Assembly (NCBI RefSeq): GCF_032062105.1
Contig: NW_026941090.1
Span: 372,001-436,000, forward strand
DNA: 64,000 nucleotides
Direction of reading: 5' to 3'
Origin: Saccostrea cucullata
Taxonomy: Eukaryota
The translations under genes were made by a program, and so were the position numbers. Under the pieces are notes generated by a model. It saw nothing but the letters and a program-made list of their open reading frames with translations, was not told where the DNA came from and did no database searches. This document shows, one piece after another, positions 1 to 12,624 of this stretch (its first letter is position 1; every line of letters starts with the position of its first letter).

Positions 1-153
1 ACCATTCCTTTGCTTACAAGAGTGCTTAAAATTACACGAGTTTGAGTTATCTTCCTTTTTACATTGAATGAATTTGAAGTAGTCTCGGAAACTCTTGGTT
101 ATACAGTTTATGTAGAAATTTTGAAATGATGAGCTATTTCCTTTGTTGTATAG

Positions 154-1052
154 ATCTTTGGAGCAGTGACATCCTGTGAACTGAAACCAAGTGACCATTT
201 CTATGGAACAGGGGAATCATTTCTATTCACTTTTTATCCAGAATTCAAGGTATGTAGAGATGTCTTAATACTCTCTATATATGTATCAGAAGCAAATAAT
301 ATTTTACAAGAATCTTGTTTCTACATTTACAGTGCTAAAGTATTACATTAGGTTAGGCATTGTATAGATTAATGACATTTATGCTAGCCATGCTTTTCCT
401 CAACTTTCTTTTGTTAACCCACTGTCCAAGTCCTTTTTGATATTTGTAAACTATAAACAATATATGTGTTAGAATAATTTAATATTATTACCTAAAACTT
501 TATGTTGTTGTATTTTAAAATTTTCAGGTATTTAGGTGGACAGGTGACAACAATTTTTTCATCAAAGGCAACCAGGAGAGTTTATCTATAGGAGCAGGCC
601 AGTTAGTATATATACTTGTCTGATTTAACCAGGTTTGATAAGAAATAAAACAATACAGGTCTTCTAGGACATATTGATTGAAAACTTTTAATAAAGGATT
701 ATTTCCTCCCTATTGATAACTATTTTGGAAACTATCAAGGATTGCTTTATAAAATATTTTTCATGCATGAGTAGTTCATCAGGAAAATAATTGTGATTTT
801 TCCCATTTAAGTACATCCTGTTGATATTTCTAGAGGCCTGTTTGGTTTGTGGTTTGACGTTGATCTGTAAGCTTGTCCTGTTTTTAGGTATAGTTTATTT
901 TTATTTTTAGAGGCCTGTTTGGTTTGTGGTTTGACGGTGATCTGTACCACGGTCAGACTCATCACTGCGATACCTACGACAATGATGTCCTCACCTCATC
1001 AGAAGATTTCATCGTCAAGGTGCTGGAGGCCTGGATATTTTCTCAGGATTAG
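154..1052 (+). CDS. 3' end of TLDc-domain protein (OXR1/NCOA7-like), last three exons; 5' part outside window
   Basis: join(154..249,528..601,911..1052), all GT-AG and phase-consistent: IFGAVTSCELKPSDHFYGTGESFLFTFYPEFK/VFRWTGDNNFFIKGNQESLSIGAGQ/GLFGLWFDGDLYHGQTHHCDTYDNDVLTSSEDFIVKVLEAWIFSQD*. FYGTGESFLF, WTGDN and FGLWxDxDLY are TLDc hallmarks. Confidence 0.93.
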
Positions 1053-1750
1053 CTCAGTGTGGCTCCTAGTCTGGTAGACGTTTTATGTCTCTCCGATTCA
1101 GCAATAATTACAGAGAAGACTTCACCAGTTGTTGATGTTTGTACTGCTGAAGCGTCAACTTAAAATATTGACATGTCTACAATAAACCTGTCATGTCTCA
1201 ATGTATATAGATCTTCATTGACTCCAGTCTCAAGGTCGTTCACTCAAGATGATACAGATTGATTGTGATGTCATTTGCTTAAGGTTGCATTATTTGAACT
1301 TTTATGCCAGAGAGGAAAGAGAAATTGACACTTCATCTGAAGTCGTTTTCTAAAATATGAACTTTTTCCAGAAGAGTGAATTAATTTGCTAGGTATTCAA
1401 TTTATGGTATTTGATTGATTCATCAATAAGTGTGTAATTTATATATGCTTAATGTCTATATGCAATAAAGTCACCAATTTTAAATAAAGTCAACTTGGTA
1501 ATAGAGAATCAGAGATAAATTTTGTGTTCAGTTAATTGTGCTTGATTATATAGAACATGATATCTAGTCATATTATGTAGGCTTCCTGTGTTAATATTAT
1601 ACATTTGCTTAGAAAATAGTGCTTGTTTTATTGTTGACCACAAATATTGTGATACACTAGTTATAAACTTATAGCGATGTTTGTGATTGAGTATGTATGA
1701 ATTTGTGATGATATAACTTTGTAAAGAACAAATAAGCAGAGAATTATTTA

Positions 1751-1909
1751 CAGTGAAACCTGTCTAATCCAACATCCATTGGGAGATTCACTCTTTGTTG
1801 TAATAGACAGGGTGTCAGATTACAAAGTGTAAAGAACAAGGAAAATAGTGAAGGTCGGAATTCACAATGAAACCGATTACACAGATGTTGGATTAAACAG
1901 TTTTCCCTG
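1751..1909. mobile_element. Tc1/mariner(pogo)-type MITE in putative TLDc 3' UTR
   Basis: TA|CAGTGAAACCTGTCTAATCCAACATC ... GATGTTGGATTAAACAGTTTTCCCTG|TA: imperfect terminal inverted repeats with TA flanks. Confidence 0.7.
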
Positions 1910-3249
1910 TATTTATGTTCTCTTTTCTGGATATTTAGTTATACTGGTTCCTAATGTGTTCAATGAAAGGGGTAAATTCTGTGAGAAATAAAGTGCTGTT
2001 TTGAACATAAATGTAGTTTTGTTTAACTCTAAGTGATTTTCTAAAACATTTCATTAAAAGATATACATGTATCAATCAACTAACGTTTCAAATAAGATGT
2101 AAAATCAGAGGAAATGCTAAGTGTGCATGTGTGTATGTGTGTTATGTGCAAATAGAATAAGAAAGAATGGTGCAAAATCGAATTTATGTATCAAACTTTG
2201 TCAAAAAAAAGTGCTTCAGTATGTATACATGTATATGTTTTATGCTTGCAAGTTTTTTTTGTATTGATTAATATTAAAATGTTGTTCAGAATGTTATTTC
2301 ATCCTGGATTCTGTGATATAACACAATGTATAAACCACTTAAAATGTCAGCATTTACATTACGTTATCTTTGTTATCAGTACTAAAAGTATTGTATGTAA
2401 TTGTAAATCACTCTGTGTTTTTGTGATATTGAGTACACAGGCACTTCACATTTTAGAGATGTTGTTTTTCAGACTTCATCCTTGTCAATTTGCAGGCAAG
2501 GAGAAATTATGTGTTTGTGTTGAGAAATGCTCATACATTCAAGTGTGATAGAGAAATTGTGCTTATTGTTTATCAGACTTGTTGTTTGTGATACAGAATA
2601 TTGATAAACTGTAGGATTGTATTAGGTCACATTAGAATCTGACAAAGGAGAGAGTACTGGGGTGTTTTTCTTTCAAAAATTATTGAAAAATTCCATGCAT
2701 TTTTTTTTTCTTGGAAATAATACACTGTAATTTTAAACATTCCTCATTTAGGGTTTTAAACTTGTAAGACATAATGTTTTATATGAGTTAATATTGAATA
2801 TAGTATGTTATTTGAGAAAATAAAGAATTTAGTAAGAAATGTTTTATGCTGTTTCATATTTCATTAATCCAGAAGTAGTATTTTGCTTCTTTTGGTAAAT
2901 ATTTTTACTACCTTGACCTGTCCAGCAAGTCTCAGAAAATAAATCTTTGAGTAATTTGAGGAACTTTGACCTTCAACAAAAGTTGTCACACTGGGGCATC
3001 AGTTTTTCACAAACACATTCTTTAATAAAAGTGTTCAGACCAGTGTGAAAGTGCCATTTATAATTGGTTTTGTAAAGTAGATGTCCTAAGATGGCTAAAA
3101 ATAAAAAAAGAAAAAAAGTCTGGTAGCAAGTTTTGTAATAAATTGACACTTCGCCCCAAGACAGTGCACATTTGCACATTCCAAATCCAACCAGAAATAA
3201 TTACGAATCGTTCAGAATGAAGAGAATAAAAAACGACTTTTCTTCCTTT

Positions 3250-3480
3250 TGTGGCTCTACTGATCAGAGACCAGAAGGGCTTTTTTGATAGTAAGGTGTC
3301 CATCTGTCTGTCTAACTATCCACCTGTAAACAATTTTTCAAAAAGGATACTCCTACAGTTTTGACCTGATTTCAGTTTAACTTGCCATCAAGTAGACTTC
3401 ACTTCTCTAATTCTTTTTAATAGCTAGGTACAAACAAGTAGAGCTGCAGTCTCATTAGAGACTTTTGGTTCTCTTTATGT
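3250..3480 (+). mobile_element. Degenerate copy of the HINE-like family seen at 63066
   Basis: GGCTCTACTGATCAGAGACCAGAAGGGCTT...TGATAGTAA...GTCTGTCTA...AAACAATTTTTCAAAA...CTCCTACAGTTTTG matches the element head at 63066-63200. Confidence 0.65.
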
Positions 3481-5149
3481 TGAAGGTCAATGAAGGTCTG
3501 TTCCATGCAGTGGATTTAGTCTCCATATGTTTATGTTGAAGTTTGATTATTCATTTTAAAGTAGTAAACGGGCACGTAGCATCAGGGGGTACCCCCCCCC
3601 CACACTTTTTTTTTCCAGAAATGAGTTCTATAGGAAATTTTCATTGAAAGTCAGGTTGCCCACCCCCTCCCCCTTCCGTTTTTGTTGCAGTTTTGTCAAA
3701 AATGGTTGTATAAGGGTAATGCAGTGTTTGAGTTAGAAATTTAGTACTAAAAGAAGTTGGAATTTGATCAATTCATTGCCTTCGAGTATTTTTCTCTGGA
3801 GAAATAATTTTGAGGCAAATGTATGCACCTTACGTTGAAAGTGAACTACATAAACTCAATGTGTACAACTTTATATAAAAACACGTTTTTTTTCAAAACT
3901 TTAAAGATTTTATTTTCTTAGTGGTTATAGCTTCTTAAACACCTACACAAAATGAGAGATAAATGTTACATGCTTCCCAAGGCTTGATCCTATTATTCAA
4001 GTTTTAAAAATACATGCCTAAACCCAAAGTGATTGAATTATAGCTTTTTTGCTCAAGATAAAAGAAGGAAAGAAAAGAATAGATATTCGACTGTATCAAA
4101 CATTTTCATCAGATGGTCTTCCCTGTTTCCCATCTCCTATTTTCAGTTTTCTCGACTGTTGCTTTAGAAGCGTACGTTTGTGCAGCAGGTTTAAAGAATT
4201 AAATCGGCATCAAAGAGATAATCCTGGGAGAGCACGATGTGCAAACTTCATCACTTACTATTTTTAGAGAATTTTCTTGTTCTCGGGTTTGTAAATAATA
4301 TTCCCCACGTCTGATCTGTAATGACGTGATGGGGGTAGCGGCTTTGCTTGTTTTACCAATTACAAAAGATCTTGATAGAAGGTGGTTTAAGTCAGAATCC
4401 AGAATTTGTGAAGAAGAACGCTGTTTGACGCTTTATCGAGGTTTTATCACTACTTTTCACAGTTTTCCGGTGATATTAATTTTTTTTTCTGTTCAGTGTA
4501 ATAAATTTAAAGTCTTATCAAGTTGTTTCATTTATGTAAGAAACACCCTATACCACAATTAAAAGTATATATACATGAATGTGTGATATATGCCAAACGT
4601 TATCCTTTCTCAAAAGCATACTTTGTTATATACGTACTTTACTTTAAAATTTACAAAAAATTCTTTGAAATATGCATATTAAAAACATAACTATTGATAC
4701 CATTTATAATATAAAAAGAGATACTGTTTGAAATTACCGTGGCACTGAAATATGAAAATATTGGGTTAACACAAAATTTACAGACATCCTTAAATCTCGT
4801 AAAAAACATGATACTGATGGACATAATTAAATTTTTGCCAGTTATAAGAATACATAATTATAACTGAATGTAAATTTGTATGACTGCTTATTTCTCATAT
4901 TTAAGTTGGTTCCTTATGTAGTAATGAGTACAGTCATTTTAAAACTGATACAGGTTACTGGCAGATAAGTTGATGTTACCAGGAATCCAACATTAATTTC
5001 GTAACACCTATGGTCGCTTAATTACATTTTTAGCAAATATAATCTATCAATGAATGTGTCTATTTTGGTTTACAATTTTTATATCGATTATTAGGCCTTA
5101 TTTTTGTACTAAATTTGATTACGCATTTTTCTGTTTATTTGATCAATAC

Positions 5150-5280
5150 ATAGGGCTGACGGTGGTTGTGACCGATCGACAGGGGATGTTTTCTCCTCCT
5201 AGGTAACTGATCCTAACTCTGGAATTCTGGGAGATATTCCTGAGATTGATCACTGTTCATTATTTTCTACCTTTTTATTC
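5150..5280 (+). repeat. 3'-terminal fragment of the Penelope-like repeat family
   Basis: ACGGTGGTTGTGACCGATCGACAGGGGATG..CTCCTCCTAGG..CTGATCC resembles 33318-33380 and the reverse complement of 15950-16012, which adjoin RT remnants. Confidence 0.55.
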
Positions 5281-8254
5281 TCATTTTATTTGCTCTCCGA
5301 TCCCTTAACTTTAGATATGATTCTTGTTTTCACTCATTGAGATTTAAGCTTACTTCAAAGAACTCGTAACTGTTTATTAATTCCCAGTATCAAACCTTCT
5401 ACACAAATAAAATCCTTTCATTATAACAAAACCCATCGTTAGCTAATAATGGCATGTTTTGTGTCTTTAATTTATTTTCAAAAACCGTAATATTATGTAC
5501 TTTATGATTTCTCTCTTGCGTTTACTTTATTTTAATACATTAATCAAAACTCGAGGGGCGGGGTGCAGATGTCTTGCGCAATTGTTGCTGATATACAGTC
5601 TGAGAATACAAACCACAAATCTCTAGAGAAGAATTTGATTGTGCATTTAATTCTTTGAGCACATGTACAAATGATGCGCCTTTGCGAATCGAAATCATAA
5701 GAAATGGAAAGTAATTCTTTGTTCCATAAAATCCAATCTAGAAGATAACGCCCGACAACTGCTCTTTTATCAAAGGATGTTTTTTGCTTGGATCTTTTCA
5801 TAATTAGATTTTCAGTGCTTCATACTTTAAAAAATTCCCTGTCTTCATTTTTGAAAATATATATATGTTCATATTATAAGAAAAACTCATTACTTTTGTA
5901 AAATGGAACCTCTCCAACTCATTACGGTCTGAGGTAAAGAAAATGTTTTACCGAAAATTAAGATGTTTATTGTCTAGTACTGTGCGTCTTCAGCTAATTT
6001 TTACGGTATTTTTACAAATGATTTTTTAAGAAGCTACAATGAATAATGAAGCAGATGAGTATAACATGATTTATTTGTTTCTTGAGAGCCTCATTTTTGC
6101 TTCAATTTTGCTTCAATACTGTTACATCATTAGACAATTTTTTTCTATATCGTTTAGAAATAGATGCATGCATAGCAACATATGGTGCTTAAGTATATGG
6201 TTTTTATCAGTCAATTATATTTCATTTTTTTAGACTACCTTTGAAATAAATTTGAAATCTCTGACGAGACTGTCAATCTATTCGTCTGTAATTACTTGAA
6301 ACCCTTTTGTTATTCATCATATTTTAGAACTATCTAGCCAAAATTGAAAAGGACGATTAGAACTTTGAAAAAAATGCGAATTTTAGTAACCAGGGCAACA
6401 TTGTTTGGTGAAATAAAAAAGGTAACTTTGTACCTTAGTATGGTAAAACTTGAACGAAATCCCATTGACTGTAGAGATTATAGTATTTATTTCTTTTAAA
6501 AGATAAATTCGCGTTATCTTATTTTTATTAACCTTGAACTAAAATTATAATTGAAAAATTTTAAAAATCTATATGATAATATTTAAAAACAAAAAAAAAA
6601 CACACACACCCCCACACACAAAACAAACCAACCAACCAACAAAACAAACAACAACAACAAAACAACGTTCATATACATTCAAAATTCATAAATGTAATTG
6701 CTCAAAATAGTATAGTTTTCTTGAATACACATTTACCAAGTTTTATTGAAATTGGACCAAAATCTATACTGTGATGAGCGCCATTTATGCTTTTGCTATT
6801 TCAAAACTCAAAGAGAAACTATTTATTCTTTTGTAGCCTGTCAAAACCAGAAAGTGAGTAGAATCAATTTTTAAAACAGTTATGCTAGACCTAGGGTTAT
6901 TTCCGCTCGACCAACACGTGGTTGGATAATGCTTGTGAAACAAAAACATTTTCCATGTATTTTATTGAAGGTCATATAAAATGTAACCTGATACGTTTCT
7001 TAGGTAATTAAATTTTGTAAAACATATAAAGTTCCTAATAAAATATCAGACTTAAACTGCAGGTGAGTATCATTTTTGAACGATTTTCACAGATTATTCT
7101 ATTTCAAATAATCAACTTACCACCATTCAACAAATTAAAAACCGATAAACAGAATATTTCATTTTGCTATAGACGTTTTTCGTTAAAATGAAAGGTTCAA
7201 ATACAGATACGAAATGCTGTAATCCATTAAACATCTTTAAAAAATAAAATTGGCACTTGTATAAGTTCGAAGTCCCAAACCTTATTTTTGGATGACGGTT
7301 ATAGGTTTGTTTGAAGTCTGGGTAGTGCTAAGACTTGACAATTCAGACTCTTCACAGATAGACATTCAGATGGTGAAATAGTCAGAATATAAGGAGTTTT
7401 AATTAGATGTCAACAATAGTCATTTAAAAATCAGCATCGCAGCGGGAGAAAATTACTAGAAATACGCTCAAGTCGTGGGATCCACTCACCGAAAAATGGA
7501 ACCATCTGTAGAGAACAGTTTTAATTAGAGCATAACAAACGCTTCTCATTAGATCTTGCATAATATGTTGATCTATTGGTGAAAAATATAGGCATTGTAT
7601 GAATTCTTTGCTGATGGGTGAGAAATATTGCGTCAAATTCTGCAGCACTATTTAAAATGAATCGTTTTTCTTACAATTTATTTTGGTATATTCCAAAATT
7701 CCATTTAAAAAAGCTTTCAATTTAACAAACCAAAAATTGAATAACTGTTTTAAGGAGCATGGCTGTTTTCTTTTAATATTAATATAGAATTGCTGTCTGT
7801 AATCTTGGGGTTAAAACCTGTCGATTGTTGGCCTTTACTCAAAAACTATGTCTCACAATTTTTTTTTTTTTTTTGAATTTATCTAGGTAGATATTATCAT
7901 AAAAATCTAATTTTATATAAATTTACAAGAACCAAGACAAATTACAAACTTCTTTATCTCAAACCTGGTGATCTAAGAAAAAACTGCAAAACGTCCGATT
8001 ATAGAGATATGGAGTTTAAAATACATCTATAAAGAAAAGATTGTTAATTGGGACTTCAAACACATTTGTATATATTCGAGATACCCCTGGTTATGGTGTT
8101 CGAAATAACGAAGTTAAACTGTAAAAGTAATATTGATGTTCAAGATGACGAAGTTCAACTAAAACAACCTCGACCCGCAATTTTAAGAAAGCGAGGAGAC
8201 ATGTAGTTTTATTCTTCCGTATGTCCATATGTCTGCCTGTCACTCACAAATATA

Positions 8255-9801
8255 CGAGGGTTGATCCAAAAGCAATGTCACAGTGTACATATCTTTTGTG
8301 TTTGGTGTCATATTATCAAATACAATAAACCAAAATATGCACATATATACTAGTAAATCTAATTAACATCGTAACTTTTTTAATAATGTTAAATTAAATG
8401 AATTTTATAGATGTTTAAAAAATCAAACAATAGGGGTGTCGCCGCGTCACATCTAAACGTCTCATTAAAAAAGAAATTTTAGGATATAAAAGACAAACAC
8501 ATTAAAAAACACTTCAAGCGTGTCTTATCGCCCAAAAATCTTCAAAGACAAAATTAACTTTGTATAAACATGTTTGTCTAATGATCGAATAAGATTAAAT
8601 GACGCCATTGTAATTTTTTTATTTAAAAAATTGTGTTTGACGCTGATGCATTGAACAAAGGAAGTGTCAAGGGGGGGGGGGGGGGGGGGTAACGAGCTGA
8701 TATGCATTTTTATATATTCAAAGAGCAAATGTGATCCTGTTATATATCGCCATTTTAAAGTTACGTGCAAAAACATAGTTCTTACTCTCAACAGCTTTTG
8801 AGATAATACAAACGCTATATAAAGCAACAAAAATAAAACGAAGTTTTATCCACATAAATAAACATTAGTAATAATGACTTTGAAAACTTAAGTCCTAAGT
8901 CAAAGAACATACCCAGTAGTTCAAGGATTTTTTAAAAATCAGTGTTATCGTAGCTCTCTACACATACGAGGTAAAGCAGGAGAGGGAACCAGACTGGCCT
9001 CTTTGTTTACATTCAGCTGCGGTATCAGATTAATTCTGATTCTGACAAAATCGGACCTTGGTATTAGTATTGAAAAACTCACTGTCAGTGTCTTATCATT
9101 TATATTAATAGTTTTAAAATAATTTTTTCATTAGAATATAAACGTGATTCATGTAAGAAATTCTTTACTCTGTACTGAAATGAGTACTTTGATTACTTCA
9201 AAATGGGGAAATTACCAGTATAGACAGTTACACTGATTGATAAGACTTACAATGATAAAAAAGTAAAGAAGAGTCATGTTTATAGATTTTAGGGAGTGTT
9301 ATAGATCATTGAATTATTTTCAGAGTACAGGAAGGCTGAAAGAAGAGAGGTCGGAAGGAAACGTTTCACACGGTATCTGATGTTGTCAAAAGACATCGTG
9401 TATCTGTTATGTAAATGTATTTGGACACTGTCTTATTAAATTGTTCGAGGAATTTTGACAAAGGACTTTGTTATGAAAAGAGTGAATGCGCAATGGCTAC
9501 CAAGAATTCATTAAAGAACAGAAATTTGTGAACATATTCCGAGAATCTCAGATAATTATATTGGGAAACGTTTTTAGGTATGACGACGAGTTTCCATAAC
9601 ATGGCGTTATTTAGATGCGGCGACTACCAAATTTGCATATTGTATATAATTCTATATTTTTAAAAGTATTATTTACCTTGAATTAAAATTTTCAGGTCCG
9701 ATTTGAAATAAATATAGCTTCCATCATTTATAATTATGTTGTTGTACGTCGACCAGTAGCAATTTATTGAAGTTGTGACATTACTTTTGGATCAACCCTC
9801 G
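8255..9801 (+). mobile_element. Decayed mariner DNA transposon
   Basis: TIRs TA|CGAGGGTTGATCCAAAAGCAATGTCAC ... GTGACATTACTTTTGGATCAACCCTCG|TA; remnant at ~9443-9510 reads VRGILTKDFVMKRVNAQWLPRI (mariner WVPxxL linker motif). No intact ORF. Confidence 0.85.
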
Positions 9802-12624
9802 TATATACATAAACGTTGTTCAAATTTCACGGTGTAAATAATTATTTAGGAGAATACAAATTCATGTATTTGTGTATGCTTAAACAAAACGTTTTTCATT
9901 AATTTCCCGAAAAAATCCCTTTTTTAAAACAAGTTTCTACATGTAATATTAGTAAACTTTTTATTGTTAAAAAATGCATATATGATATATAACATTTTTG
10001 TATGCATTATATGTCATTTGTCAAGAAATTTTACGTCGAGTAGTACACAGATTTAAATTCGTTTTACAACTAAGTGACAAAATGTCAGTTTGCCAGATCC
10101 ACCACTTTTCGAATTATTATTGCTATTAACTTTAACTCAAATGGCATATTAGAAATTCCAACAACAGATGAAACCTGTCAAATTAAGTATTTTTCGTTTT
10201 TGAGGACTGATGAATATCTTTGGATATTCTTCTGCTCTCCCCCAGTATGAATAGATCCTAAGTGTTTCCTCCATACTTAATTCTTGAATAACTAATGTAA
10301 AGCATCTAGAGCAACTTAGGACACTTCTTATACATCTTCATTTCACCCTTATGTCATGCCTTCTTCACCACCTAGACTTTTTTGTTCTCGCTGGCTCTTT
10401 TCACCTCAAGTGTTGCTGTTTGTTCACCTAGTAAAATTATCCAAGCACATTTCTATAGCTTAATTTAATACTGTCCTTTTCCCAGTGTCGTCATGGACTT
10501 ACTTTATATGTTCTTCTTTCAATTATTTGTAGATTTTTAAAATAAGATCTTCTTGTTCTCTCTGCAGCCTGAAGTCCCTATAGTTATGTTGTCCCTAATC
10601 ATACTACTCTGTAGGCAGTTTTCCAGCTCAACAGTACCTATACTTTCTCTGGTTCAAGTTCCTTACTTATATATGAAAACCTGAGGCATTTTAAACAAGT
10701 ATTTTTTGAAAGTTTAAAGTGTTCTCGAGTTTCGAATAATAAGCAATCATATTGATTGGAAGCATTTCTCTTGAATAATAACATTAACATTAATAACATT
10801 AATTCCGGTGACATTAAAATAAGGTCCGAGATTCGTTTGGACTGATAACTTCGAAGAGGAAGGCATGAACCCAATCCTATAACTGAGATTTCTTGGTATC
10901 AATTACAGTTGGGGTGCAAGATAACATTTTATGTGTCAGTGACCAGTTATCACCGAGAATATTATTATTGTAATACATGTATTTCTTTTCATAATGGACA
11001 ATATTGCTTTCTGATCTTTAAAAATGTCTGACTTTCTTCTATAAAAGTTATGATTGCATAGGGAAGAAAAATGTAATATTTAACATATTTTGTCAAAAAC
11101 AGTATTTGCTTAATCTGCTTCCACACCAATACAATATTGCAGCATTCAGGTCAGTCCGGGTGATATACGCTACTCCTTGCCTTGCAATACCAGACTTTAT
11201 GGTTGTGATACATGTTATGAATCAAGGGTAGATTATTTCAAGGTTATGCTAAAAATCTTATAAAGCTAGTGAATTTTTTTGGAAACACTCGAAGGTGACA
11301 TTCTAACTCATTTCTAAGAAAAATTCTTGTTAAAATCTTCGCCAAGGTGCCAGTTTCTGTGTTTCAAACGCATCGTTTCGTAAATCAGAATCGACACTTG
11401 TATCTAAAAACATGGCATTTTAATAACATTTTTAACACCAAAGAATTACCGCTGTATGAACTGAAGTGGTTAAGAGCATTTCATTGTGTACTTTATACTG
11501 AGTGACTCTAGAAGGATTTTATTATCGTTATTTACGTGTTCCAATGAGACACACCCATTCAAATTTTCTTGCCTTTGGATTTTAACTTTTGGGCTATTCT
11601 TCCGAGTTCTTTCCGAGACTTCCTTACAAGAACAAGTGTTCTTACTGGTTACAAAATGCATGGTCACTCAGACAGTTAAATGCGTATTTTCTTTATCAAA
11701 CATAGCAAATAAAAAAAATTAATGGTTAGGAGAGAGAGAGAGAGAGAATATTGATTTAAAGAATTTTAAATTTGACACTTATCCTGTGTTTCATAAGGTC
11801 AGTTGTCCAATATCTTCTTGTTGGAAACCTTACTTCAAAGTTCTCTTCATTGACAGTAACTTAATGAGCTCTCTAATTCAATTTTGATGAAATTCAAGAA
11901 AGCCATTCATATACGAAAACTGGTAATTACATGAAGAACATCTAAATAATGGAATATAATGCGATGAAGGCCATTCCATTGTCGCATTAATACCGGGATG
12001 TCCAGAGTTCCAATTGACAACTCAAGTGGTATTGGTTCCCAATATCCTTCCGCAGTCGGGAGACCAGCGCTTAAGGTGACACACAACCAATCCTGCGGGA
12101 CAGAATAACAGCTGAAAGTTTGCAAATCCTGCGGAAGCCAAAATATTTGCTAAGAAACATTGGATAAAGGAGTAGGTATTTTTAAGATAGAGCAAAACTA
12201 GATGAAAGAGCTTTTTTTGTTTTTAAGAAACACATGTTAATGCTATTTGGAAAATAGTAAAAATCGTTTGGTTTATTTGAAATATTGTCTGTTTCACAGA
12301 CAGATAAAATGTTTGTCTGGGATTATCAGGTTTTAATTAGCGGATTAATCGGTGCATGTCGGGATTATTTTCCTAGCATTAAGCCTGAGTGATGACGTGT
12401 TGGGGGGAGCATGCACCTTAACACTAAAGCCACTGATTTCGTGCTTTCTGACTTGTTTGTATTTTTGCTCCTTCTAACTACTGGTCTGGTACTTTAGTTT
12501 TGTCCGGTGGTTCAGCATTGTCAAATATAACAGCCGCCACTGAAGAATATCTGTCATTATGTAGTGTTCTTGATTTCAGGGGGAGTGCGTACTACATCGC
12601 GTGCGGGGATTACAGCGAACAAGG

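Noticed and set aside
2186-2548. 120-aa ORF
   Set aside because: Lies in the T-rich putative TLDc 3' UTR; composition reflects base bias and no motifs are present.
10200-10640. Possible LINE (RTE/CR1) 3' remnant on the minus strand
   Set aside because: Only a vague coding-like texture; no motif I can read with confidence.
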